Program-made: the position numbers and the translations under genes
Notes under the pieces: generated by a model
Database searches by the model: none
The model's input: the letters and a program-made list of their open reading frames with translations, nothing else
What the model was told of the DNA's origin: nothing
Assembly: GCA_000708835.1 (NCBI GenBank)
Contig: DF237070.1
Span: 62,001 to 126,000 of the forward strand
DNA from: Klebsormidium nitens
Lineage: Eukaryota > Plantae > Klebsormidiophyceae
Direction: 5' to 3'
DNA: 64,000 nt
Shown here: piece by piece, positions 1 through 10,720 of the stretch
Position numbering within the stretch: the stretch's first letter is position 1
Layout: each line of letters begins with the position of its first letter

Positions 1-502
1 CGTTGATGGAAAGGATCGGTCTTCCATCAACAAACGCATCAATGCGGAAAGGATCATGCAAGATGCGGAGCTTGTTCCCCCCCAGAGTCAGCCAGGTGTC
101 CTTGCTCGAGCGCGCAGACACAATTGGACTCTTCTTAGAATCCAAACCTTCATCCAAAACATCTGGCACCTCAAAGCGCTTCTTCTCAGGAACCTCCGTC
201 ACTTTAACCCTCACAATTCCATCCCCATACGCGGAGATCTCCAGGGGCAATTCTACCCCCGGGAAGTCTTTGTTGATCACAGTCCCTGAGAGCCCCCCCC
301 CAGCTGCCTGCTGCAATTTGCCCCCCAGAGCAAATGTGCTCGCACCCGGCTCCTTGGCCCTATTGCGCCGGCAGAAGGACGCCTCATGGCACTTGCGGAA
401 CTCCTCTGATTTGACAGCGAAGGCGCATTGGCAGCTCAGAAGGAGGCAAAGAGCGAAGCCAATCAGCGCGGGAGACATCAGCACCTTCTCTCCACCCCCC
501 AT
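1..502 (-). CDS. GANAB: Glucosidase II alpha subunit (GH31), first exon; gene runs off the left edge
   Basis: Not in the ORF track (no stop inside the window). Manual minus-strand translation from ATG 502 (or 478): MGGGEKVLMSPALIGFALCLLLSCQCAFA-VKSEEFRKCHEASFCRRNR...EISAYGDGIVRVKV...KRFEVPDVL...LRILHDPFRIDAFVDGRPILSIN. This is a signal peptide followed by the N-terminal motifs of glucosidase II alpha (FKxCxxxxFCxRxR, RFxVPDVL, HDPF). Confidence 0.9.
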   Translation of the reverse strand, partial: MGGGEKVLMSPALIGFALCLLLSCQCAFAVKSEEFRKCHEASFCRRNRAKEPGASTFALGGKLQQAAGGGLSGTVINKDFPGVELPLEISAYGDGIVRVKVTEVPEKKRFEVPDVLDEGLDSKKSPIVSARSSKDTWLTLGGNKLRILHDPFRIDAFVDGRPILSIN

Positions 503-1037
503 CGCAGCGCACCGAGTCTGGTCGCCTCCTCAGAATGCAACTGATCCACCCGTTGTTCAGAGGTGTTCAAATGTGGGGATGGTGTCCTCCAGGCTCCGCC
601 CTGACCAGACGGTTGCTGCGTTGCATGCAGTTCGTGGCGTGGACGTGTGTTCCTGCAAGAGGGACAGCTCATGCAAGTTCTGGGGCACAGACACTCTTCC
701 TCTAACAGGGCCTCTGGAATCACAGGCAGAGTGAGTGGTGCTCAGCTCAAAAGTGGAGGCCTTGTCAGAGGTCCTATTGACAACATCTTGAGACTGGAAC
801 TTGTGGAAGTCGTGAACCTCTCTCGGAGGAAGAGACAGTTCTTGCTGCACAGGACAAAGTAAAACGTCAGAAAATGGTTATGACGCATGAAAGCGAAAGT
901 ATTTGTCAGAGGGAAGGCGCTCTGCTTGTAAAAGCATGCTCTTTGATGGCCATCGTTTATTTGTAGTGTAATGCCGCAGGGTTTCCTACACCGTTGCTTT
1001 TGTGAAAGCACCCCCGCCGCTTCCTTTTGAGACGCCG

Positions 1038-4000
1038 ATGGCGGTGAAAGGTAAGGGTGCTGCTAAAAAGTTCCACCACCGCCGCCCGAAGCAACTTGAC
1101 CGAGACTTAGAGGAGATTGCATTTTTGGAAGCAACCATCAAGGCGGGAGCGCCCCCATCAGGCTCAAACCCACTCGCTTCTAACCCCTTGAAAGATGGAC
1201 AGAAGGCTTCTCAAGCATCAGAAGGCGCGTCAGAACTCCAGCCTTATGCAGGGGTCCGAGCGTTCGACGAGCTGCCGATATCAGAGAGGACGAAGAAGGG
1301 GCTGAAAGAAGCGAAGTATGTAAGCATGACAGCGATCCAGAGGGCCGCCATTCCGCACGCCCTGGCAGGGAGGGATGTGCTGGGGGCTGCTAAAACGGGG
1401 AGCGGGAAGACGCTCGCTTTTCTGGTGCCTACGCTGGAGAAGCTGTATAGGCTGAGGTGGGGTCCAATGGATGGGGTGGGGGCGCTTGTGATCTCCCCCA
1501 CACGAGAGCTGGCGCTGCAGGTTAGTAAGTTTTAGGGTTTTGTTAGGAGCCGAATGAGGAAGCATCGGGACTATTTGCAATGCACACTAAAATGATCTTG
1601 AAGACTAATGCTGTGAATTATTGGATTCTTTCTGGATGGTGGTGTGGATACTTGCAGTGGTCAATAATATTGCAGCTGGTTGATAATACTTTCAGGGTTT
1701 GGATGACAATGGTGGTAACGATGGTTCAGACTTCCTGATTGGTGGTGCAAACTTCTTTGTGCCTTGTCATCTCCGGATTTAATACTTATTACCACCTCTC
1801 AGAAAGAATTGGCAAATGTCCTCCAAATAATCTTTGAACTTTATACCAAAGAAAGACTTTTTACCACCACCATTCTGCACAACGCTCCAGAATTTTTTTG
1901 GTCATCTATTGTATCCTCATTTGTTTCCTACTTCACGTCTATCACCCATGTACTTACATCATCAGCAGCCTAAATGATTTCACCAGGACAAAGTGTCGGA
2001 AGCTAGAAATTTTCTATGCTGAAATGCTAGGCCTTTGAACAGTGAATCCATTTTGTCCAGATCTTCAGCACGCTCAAGACGGCTGGCAAGCACCACAACC
2101 TGAGTGCGGGGCTGCTGATTGGAGGCCACTCAGTGGAGCAGGAGAAGGAGCGCATAAATTCCCTCAACATCCTAGTTTGTACCCCGGGGCGCTTGCTGCA
2201 ACACATGGACGAGACGCCCAACTTTGACTGCTCCCAGTTACAGGTAAGAGCTTGCTTTGATTGGAAGGGGTAGCTATGAGGTCTGCAATCACAATGTGTG
2301 AGAAATGTCAGGATTATATATGGTGGTCATATGGTCTAGTCGCTGAATATTGTGCCAGGTTTGATTTGGGACAGGAAGTGGGTGGCTACAAGGTCTGCAA
2401 TCACAATTCCTGAGATTCTCAGGATGCATCCGGTGGTCAGAAATGTATCTGCTGTGATATCCTGCCAGGTTTGATCCGTGACAAAGAGCATAGTTGTAGT
2501 AAGCCATAAGATTTCACGATTTATTTCAAAAAGACAGATGAGAGCATGTTCGAAGCATACCTAGAGACAGACCGAGATGGTTGAGCTGAGAGGTTCTTAG
2601 GAAAGGTTCTTCGAGACTCCCAAGGTTACCAGTAGGGCTGTTCAGACGCTATCTGGATTCCTCCTAACATCCTCCTTTACAGAGTCCGCTCCAGTGAGGC
2701 AGACCGCATCTTTGGTCAGCCTGTTCTCTGCGCCCTGAACGCACCCAGACAGTTGCCCATTTGATATCTAAACGGCTCTCTCAAGAGTCCACATCCGTCC
2801 AAACTCCTCTACAGGTCCTGGTTCTCGACGAGGCTGACCGCATCCTCGACATGGGTTTCTCCGCCTGCGTCAACGCAATCCTCCGCTTCCTCCCCAAGAC
2901 CGGCCGTCAGACTTTCCTCTACAGCGCGACACAGACGAAATCCGTGCGTGATCTCGCACGGCTGAGCCTGAAGCACCCTGAGTATCTGAGTGTTCACGCG
3001 GAGGCGTCGGCAGCAACCCCCCTGAAACTGCACCAGACGGCGATCATGTGCCCGCTGGAGGAGAAGCTGGATATGCTGTGGTCGTTCATCAAGACGCACC
3101 TCAACACCAAGACGATAGTGTTCTTGTCGACGTGCAAGCAGGTGGGTGCTGGCGAGACCACTTTACGAGCCGGTTTCAGGTTGGAGCGCTTTAGGCGCTG
3201 GGGCGTTGGCAGTCATGAGACATGGATCTGAGGCCAATAGGCAGGTCGTTGTTGAAGGGAACCAACAAGGGGAATCGTCTTTTTACGTACAGAAGAGGGA
3301 TTTCTACGAATCTCGACAGGAACTTTTTCGAGGTATGGTTCAGTTCTGGTGGCAGGTCCGTGGCCTGTGGGTCAAACAGATTGGCAGTCGGGCAGAGATT
3401 GGCTCCGTAAAACGATGGCTGGGCTGCTCACCGCCAGCAATACACTCGGGTCCACAATGCCTTTCTTCTAATGTTCTTCGGCCGCAAGCTTATGTGAAGG
3501 GTTTGGATTCTTGCTCACACGTGCCGGGCTCAAGTGCTTAAGGACCGCTCTGGCCGTTACGAAATGATTTCTACGTTGACAAGCTGACAGCTTGAGGGAA
3601 TGCTTACGGAGGAGTAACAGTACCTTATCCTGATCATTGCCATTTTGGATCAAGGTCTAGTTTGTGTACAAAGGTTTTAAGCATCTACGCCCTGGAACCG
3701 CTTCTGTTACGGCGAATCTGGACAGCTGAAGGGAAGGAAACCATCTCGTTATTTATCTGAACTCCCTGTGTCGTAAAATGCAGGTCAAGTTTGTGTACGA
3801 GGCGTTCAAGCACCTGCGCCCCGGCGTGCCGCTCAAGGCGCTGCACGGCAAGATGAAGCAGGCGAAGCGGATGCTCGTCTTCCAGGAGTTCTGCGACTCA
3901 AAAGCCGCGGTGCTCTTTGCCACCGACATCGCCGCCCGCGGGCTCGACTTCCCGTCCGTCGACTGGGTCGTGCAGGTTAGTGTCAACTTTGTTGAGATTC

Positions 4001-7000
4001 AGACCCCTTGAGCTTGGGCATTCTTGAGGTTGTCAGGTTGTGAGGTAGAAGGGTAGGAAGAAGGTGTGCTTTGCCACGTAAGAGTTGGAAACTTTGGCGC
4101 TGGTAACAGCGTACGGACTCGATGTCCAGTGCTTATTTGGTCGTCCAGGTGCGTCGTCACAACGATGATGTCTTCAGCAGTTCGGCAATGGGATTTTGTT
4201 TGGCACTGAACTGGCAGGGTCTGCAAAGGGAAAGGGAACCTCAGTCTGCAGTTGTGCACTTCAGAATTTTCGAGGTTCCGTGCGTGAGCAAACAATACCG
4301 TCTCATTGCCTGCTTTGTAGTTGGCTAGGAGTTCTTGGTTGCTACCGCCCACTCGCACAGTCGGTAACAAGGGGTGTGGGGATCGAGGAAGCAGGCACCT
4401 TCTACCTATGTATACTGGTCGACACAGCGTTCTTAAACACGTGTTTGTCCTTATGCGGATCAGCAATGTGCTCTCAATGAGCTGCTTTTGCCTGAGCTGC
4501 TTTTGCCAGACGACTTTTTCCCAAAGAAGCAGAATGCACCAGTGTGCTCGATCACTTCACTAAAGCTTCATCAAGCAGCAATGTACAATCTGATGGATAG
4601 CTTGATCATGTAATCGATATTTTTTTTTTCGTTGTAGGTGGACTGTCCCCCGGACGCTGCCGAGTACATCCACCGGGTCGGGAGGACCGCCCGGTACACG
4701 AGCGCCGGGCGCAGCCTGCTGTTCCTGCTGCCATCGGAGCAGGCTATGGTGCAGCAGCTCCGGGATGCTAAGGTACACAGCACGCCCACCAACTCAAAAT
4801 AGTGCTCAGAGGACTAACTTTTGCTGCAATGATCTTCCAAGCTCTTTCCATTGCGGCTTACTTCGTTTCCGAAGCAACAAAGGAAAACACAGAAAGATGG
4901 TGCACGTGGTTGCGCGAAACGCGTGGATATGCCGTAAGAGTGGCTGCGTGCTGTTTGTAATGGGACAGCAACGCTGACAAATGTTTGTCTCTCCAGGAAC
5001 ACCCAGGAGTTGGTGACGTTTCCACTGCATGCAGGAGCCTCTGTGTTGACCTTTCGCGCACCTTCCATATTTCCCCTTTGAAGATTTTGAAACACATTGG
5101 CGTAATCCTCGCAGGTGCCTGTGAAGGTGATAAAAGCGAACCCGACCAAGATCCAGTCCACCTCTTCCAACCTGGCTGGGGTCCTGTCTCAAGACCCGGA
5201 ACTCAAATACACCGCCCAGCGCGCCTTCGTCTCCTACCTCCGTTCGGTTAACCTCCAGCCTAACAAGGAGGTATTCGACGTAACCCGCCTTCCGATCACG
5301 GAGTTTGCGGCTTCGCTAGGGCTGCCAAACGCGCCAAGGATCCGGTTTAGGAAGAAGGGCGCGGCAAAAGAGGAGGGTTTAGGGCTCAGCCCGAAAGTTA
5401 ACCCGGAGGAGAATGGGGGAGGGGAGGAGAATGGGAGCGAAGAGAACGAGGACGATGGGAAAGCCGGTGGTGTGAATAAGCCGGGGATGAGCGGGAGAAG
5501 AATCGCGGAGAACGGGCGAGGTGACGTGGATGATGACGTCACGAAACTTAGAACAAACGAAAAGGGAGGGAAAGAAACAGCTTCGGAGGGAGCGACTGAA
5601 AGCGGAGGATTGGTTGGGGAAGCGAACGGAGACACGGCGAAAGAAGCGAAGAAGCGATCGAAAATGGAGCGCCTCTTCGGGCGCAAGAACGCCGACGTGC
5701 TCTCGGACGCGTACCAGAAGCTGCGCGCGTCGGACGATGACGAGGCTGCTGACATCAGCGGTGACGAGGCGGGGGATCTGCTGCGCGTGAAGCGGAAGAA
5801 CCACGGGCTCGACGGAGAGGACGGGGAGAGCAGCAAGGGGGCGCTCGTGAAAACCGCGAGGTCAGTTCTGCGGTGCTTAGAGTTTTCGCATTCATCCCTT
5901 GCCCTTCGTTTCTTTCTCTGTGCACACTCTGCATTACAATGCAACTTTCTTCTGTTTAGCTGGTGCTTCGATCTTTCACGGATTGGTGAGGACCAAGAGA
6001 CCCTGACGGCCGCTTGCGGCTTTGCGGACTGTTCTTCTTCTTTTTCCCAGCATTGAATCGGTGATATCCCCTCTAATTCTTTCCAAGCCTCCACGAAAGG
6101 TGGACCAGTGACGGCTGACAATAGGCGGAACATTGTGCTGGCAACGCGTCCTGCCATGTACCCACTCAAGGCGGTCAGAGGGTCTTCCTTCTTGGCGACG
6201 ATGACTGCTTCAGAAAGCAGCCACCTCTCGTGCAGGAACTCAGAACCTGACGCAGAAATTCCCCTTCTTCCTTTTGCAGCAAGAAGAAGCGGATGAAGAT
6301 CGATCCGGGTGCGGCGGGCAACAATCGGCTATTGTACGACGAGGAGGGGAACACTCTGGACCCTCTGGCAGCGCTGTCGAGAGACCGGGACGAATCGGGA
6401 GTCGACAACCGGCAGAGGACAATGAATCTGACGGCGGCTGAGAGGTGGGACTGATGCAGAAGGATCGGAAAGGGAGACGGTAATTGCTTGCATCGATTCG
6501 TTGCTTGGTCAGTCCTCGTGAAAACATTTCCTAGCAGACCTTTGGGGATTGCCGTCTATCTGGACGGAAATCCTCCTTTTGAATCAGTTGAGGTTGTTGC
6601 TCGGTGTCAAACCAGGCGTCCTCCCATTTGCCGGTTCTTCTGACAAAGACGGAAAGAGGCAAACGTAATGTGTACCGTCCTATCAGCCCTGCACATTACC
6701 CAGCACGAAGCAAGGTCTCAGGTTCTGCAGTGCCCGCACGATGCATTCCGCTTGTTCTTTTCTGCCAAAATTCATCGAAAAGCTCACATCCTGTTCTCCC
6801 CACAGGTTCAAGAAGCCGCTAGACGCAAGGAGCATCTGTACCTTTTCTCTTCAAAACTGTTGCAGGGGCAATTCGCTTGAATTTTCGACTCAGTTGAGTC
6901 CACTCCATTGATGCTTAAAGGAAGCTCACATCCTGTTTTCCACAGGTTCAAGAAGCTGAGAGAGGAGATGAAAGTGAAGGACGCGGAAGATAAGCGGCTA

Positions 7001-7474
7001 GAAAAGGAGCGGTTGCGTGCGCTACGGCTGCAGAAGAAACGGAAGGAGAAGGTCCGCTCGGGGGATGCCGAACGGGAGGAAAATGCTGCGGGAGCGCAGC
7101 TCGGGGGGGCGGAAAACGGGGGCGAAGAAGGGGGGTACGGCAGTGAATCTGACGGGGCTGCAGGTAGTGAGAGCGACGGCGACCAAAGGAGTGATGGTAG
7201 CGAGGGAGGGGTCGCTGGGATTGGGGAAGGGGAAGTGGGTCTGTCCGAAAGTGATGGAGAGGGTGATTACGGGGATGAGGAAGCAGGAGGTACTAGCGAT
7301 GCGGACGAGGATGTAAAAGAAGATTGTGGAACGGGCAAGGGAAAGAGGAAACTGGGCTTGCATATGAATCCAGCGGGGACACCGAGCAAGAAGGTGCGGA
7401 GGAGAGAAGCTGAGGATTTATCGCTGGCCGACCAGGAGGCTTTGGCTCTTAAGCTGCTAAGTAGTCGCCGTTGA
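1038..7474 (+). CDS. DDX10: DEAD-box RNA helicase DDX10/DBP4 (18S rRNA biogenesis), 8 exons
   Basis: Exons 1038-1520, 2061-2243, 2815-3141, 3784-3975, 4638-4772, 5115-5860, 6280-6444, 6946-7474 with GT-AG boundaries and compatible phases. Motifs: Q motif (MTAIQ), [60 protein letters not shown]4-type [11 protein letters not shown], and a long charged C-terminus. Confidence 0.95.
2279..2490. repeat. Degenerate two-copy tandem repeat (period 112 bp) in DDX10 intron 2
   Basis: aggtctgcaatcacaat at 2279 and 2391, each followed by similar '...caggat...ggtggtca...tgccaggtttgat' sequence. Confidence 0.8.
2672..2722 (+). repeat. Decayed copy of acceptor + start of DDX10 exon 3, inside the intron
   Basis: ctcctttacag-agtccgctccagtgaggcagaccgcatc versus the real ctcctctacag|gtcctggttctcgacgaggctgaccgcatc at 2804-2844. 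Confidence 0.65.
3652..3696 (+). repeat. Decayed copy of acceptor + start of DDX10 exon 4
   Basis: aag gtc tag ttt gtg tac aaa ggt ttt aag cat cta cgc cct gga versus the real cag|gtc aag ttt gtg tac gag gcg ttc aag cac ctg cgc ccc ggc (3781-3825). Confidence 0.85.
6780..6816 (+). repeat. Near-identical copy of acceptor + start of DDX10 exon 8
   Basis: aagctcacatcctgttctccccacaggttcaagaagc versus the real aagctcacatcctgttttccacag|gttcaagaagc (6922-6956). Confidence 0.9.
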
Positions 7475-10309
7475 GGACGTCCTCTTGAGTGCGACACCTC
7501 GCAAATGCAGTGCAGTTTTATCGGTTTAAGGCTGCTTGTATCTTGTCAATTCCATGTGCTCTGTCTTTTACGTTTGTCTCATCATCGGCACCCACTAGGC
7601 ATCCGACCCGCAAATGTGAGTATGTCAACCTACTGTAGTTACGCAATGCGCGGGCCACCGCGGCGGAGGTCGCCCAGCCGGACGTAGACGCGGTTTCCGT
7701 TTTTCAATCATTAAGCAGCGGCGAATTCAAGGTAAATTGAGCTGTTTAACTAACCGCATGTAGCCGGCCTAACTTTTTTTCACGCCCGGCAGGCCAGGCA
7801 CTATCTATGTTCTATAAAACGGGAGCTTTTATCACGACAATCAACCAGCATGCTCAATATGATGAAAATTATTTTGCTGAAATAGAAGCAATTAAACTTG
7901 GGCCACTGAGCATGAAGCATGATTCGTTCACAATGGGAAGTGCGAGCACCCTCATTATAAATGGAGATAGAGGTGTGAAAAAGGAAAAAGAACTGCCAGA
8001 GTGCTGCAGACTGATTGAGCGACTGCAACCAGCTAGGGCAGATATTTGTGTGCAAATTATGATCTTGTGGCGCTCTGGCATGATCATTACCATTCCAAGA
8101 CATGCTATGGGATTGCATGCACGAGGAGCGCGATCCTCGCATGATTTCTCGAGACATTGCATATAAGCAGAGGGTGGTTCAAAGGCTATGGAAAGGTGGA
8201 AGCTTCGCGATAGAAGGCCGCTTCAGACCATTCATGCAGAATTCAGACTCGTGGCATAACAGGAACGTTACGGGGTGTTGTGACCTACTTCGACGGGAAG
8301 AAAGCCGAAGATCCGGCGAAGACGAAGATCTAGAATAATAATTAGTTACAGAGGTAGATAAATAGTGTGCTGCGGATAGGCATAGCAATAAATAATGTTT
8401 GCTTGGAAAAAATGGATAATCGATGACTGCATTCGACAAAGTCTCAGGCATGAGATATTATCGAACTTATCGAGTAATTCGAACTATAAATTGGGCGGAA
8501 TCCGAACATCGAGCATCTGAGAATAACTTAAATAAGAAGTTGTCGAGAGGCTAATTCCGACGCGTACTGAGCCCAAATCGGAGCGCCTCTTCAGCTCGAA
8601 GCGAGAATTGTTTTATGGATGTTAGCCCGGTGGGGATAATGGGGAGAGGCGGCCACTTCCCCAGATGGTGGAATATAGCCGCGTCTGCTTCATCGAATCA
8701 AGGACCCTATTCTAAAACCCCTTCTAGTCACTTTTGACCCCTATTCGTAAAAATCAAAACTCTTTTTCCCCACCCTAGTTTCCCTCACATGCATGCCAGG
8801 CTTCTACTATTCAACAAATTGTTGAATACGGTTATATCAACGTCTTGGCGAAGGTCTGAACAATCATTGGCAAGCTTGTTGCTGGGCTTTGATGCCTTAT
8901 ACACCGTAGACAACCAGCCAGCAAGAGGCTTGCTTAGCTGCTTATTACAGAATCTGCAGAGCCCGGGACAATTGTGGGGCCCCTTTCTGCCCTTTCGTAA
9001 AACCGGCTGGCATTTCAATGCCCCTATATCTGAAACGGGCCTTTTATCTTGGCTGTGATTTTCGAATCGTCAAATCGACGCGGCTCTCTTCCAAATTTGC
9101 CAACCCTTTCCAGGGAGTGACCGCCTTTCCCCTGGTGGGTGTATTATTGAGCGGTGCGCATCCACATCTACTGCAATCTCGAGTCTAACCGGGACAAGTC
9201 CGAGGGTCTCTGAATCATGGGATCTCGAATCCTACTCTACCACGAGGTATCTATGGGGTATCTATGTTAATTGTTAATTGTTAATTCTTATAATTTTTTA
9301 TTGACGTCGGTTCGGAGCCATGACAGGCTTAGTCGACGATTGTCCTATTTAAGACCTCTGCGCGTCTTAACGTGCACAAATGGACAAACTTAGCTACCGC
9401 AAATTGGTCCTCTTGATTGAGAAAGCTCTTTAGGTTTCTCCAATCATTATGCTCGAAAAGTAATTGGAAGGGTAGTCTAAGGTCACTGAACGCTGTGCTT
9501 TCGAAGATGAAATGCGCTTCGTCCTCCAGTACCCCTGACCTGCAGAGCTTGCTTCTATGTCCCTGATGTCACTGCTGCTCTATACACAAAGCCCCACGGA
9601 CCACTGAGCGGACGAGGAGGATCACTCTGCAAACATCATGCCATGATACTCAAAAGATGTGCAGAAAAGAAACATGCAGGCATGTTTCATTTCAGCACAT
9701 ATGACAAAAGGGAAAGACGAACAGATAGTGTGTACTGTGACGTCCCATCGCGGAGTGACAAAAATGCCGCTCCATCCAAAGCGCGGGCAGCGAACAACGA
9801 AACGACATGGAAGTGGAGTAGGTGCCAATGGAACAGCAAGGTAGAAGTCAGAAAAAGTACCTATAGCACCCAGACGTTCAGTGGAGTTAGGTAATCACAA
9901 GTAGGTAGGTATCGTAGCCCAATGCTTGCAGAGCTCCTCTTTGCCTGTAAGGGGGGATAGCTTATGACGCCTGCATTATGCACTGATCAGTGGCTCCGAC
10001 GGTCCCGACTTGCAGTTACTACAGTGTAGAAAATGTTCCCGGTTCGATACTCTGTAGATGTCCCGGCGTGTCACCGCAGCTCGATTCAGGCCTCCCGATC
10101 GTGGAGGGGCTAGCTAGCCAATTGAGCATTGTCAACTTAACCGTCGGCCCGACTAGCTGAATCTGGTCAAAGGATGTCAAAGGGGTGCGCTGCTGTGATT
10201 GGCTCGGTTCCCGTGCCCCGGTTCGCATCCGTCGAAAAGCACGCGTAAGGCTGCATGTGGTGGGTGCTTGGTGAGAAGCGATATGCCGGCACGTAGGAAT
10301 ACTAAGCTC

Positions 10310-10400
10310 AAACCAAACACTAAAAATCTAACCTATAAAAACTACCCGCTCCGCACCCGTACCCACCCTAACCCCCAAACTAACCCTACCCGTCCCAGGC
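10310..10400 (+). repeat. Dispersed repeat core with CCCTAA-like motifs, same family as the interior of the MITE at 48348-48538
   Basis: gctccgcacccgtacccaccctaa (10348-10371) is an exact 24-nt reverse complement of 48424-48447. Flanking taaaaa(t/c)ctaa and aacc(c/t)acccgtccc are also shared. Confidence 0.85.
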
Positions 10401-10720
10401 TGGTGATGTGTCGCTCCCTAGCTCCGACCCAATTTTCTGCCGAACAGCATGTTGACATCAGGCAGAAGTGCCAGCTGGCCTCCGCCGCCGGGGCCCGGGG
10501 GCCGCCGGGGCTGGGGCCCACTGGGTGGATAAGTTCAACATTCGTACGTCAAAGCCAATCACTTGCAAGGAAGAAATGACTACGACTGATGCAGTTTACA
10601 AGACGCCACATTCAACCATTCATTGCGCCAGCAAAGGGGATGATACTTGGAAGCAATTTGCAAGCAGACGTAGAAAGAGAAGAACGAAAGGCAGCTTGCT
10701 GATCCATACAACGGGACAGA

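Noticed and set aside
3-734. 243-aa + strand ORF
   Set aside because: It is the antisense shadow of the glucosidase II alpha exon on the minus strand, which has clear family motifs.
5234-6169. Long antisense ORFs (e.g. 5234-6169, 14343-14951, 14689-15267, 52610-53182, 57701-58270)
   Set aside because: They overlap GC3-rich real exons or introns on the opposite strand or another frame and have no recognisable motifs. Stop-poor shadows are expected here.
8622-8778. Possible small TIR element (ggtgggga ... tccccacc, TAG flanks)
   Set aside because: Only an 8-nt inverted match, offset from the putative TSD; insufficient without other copies.
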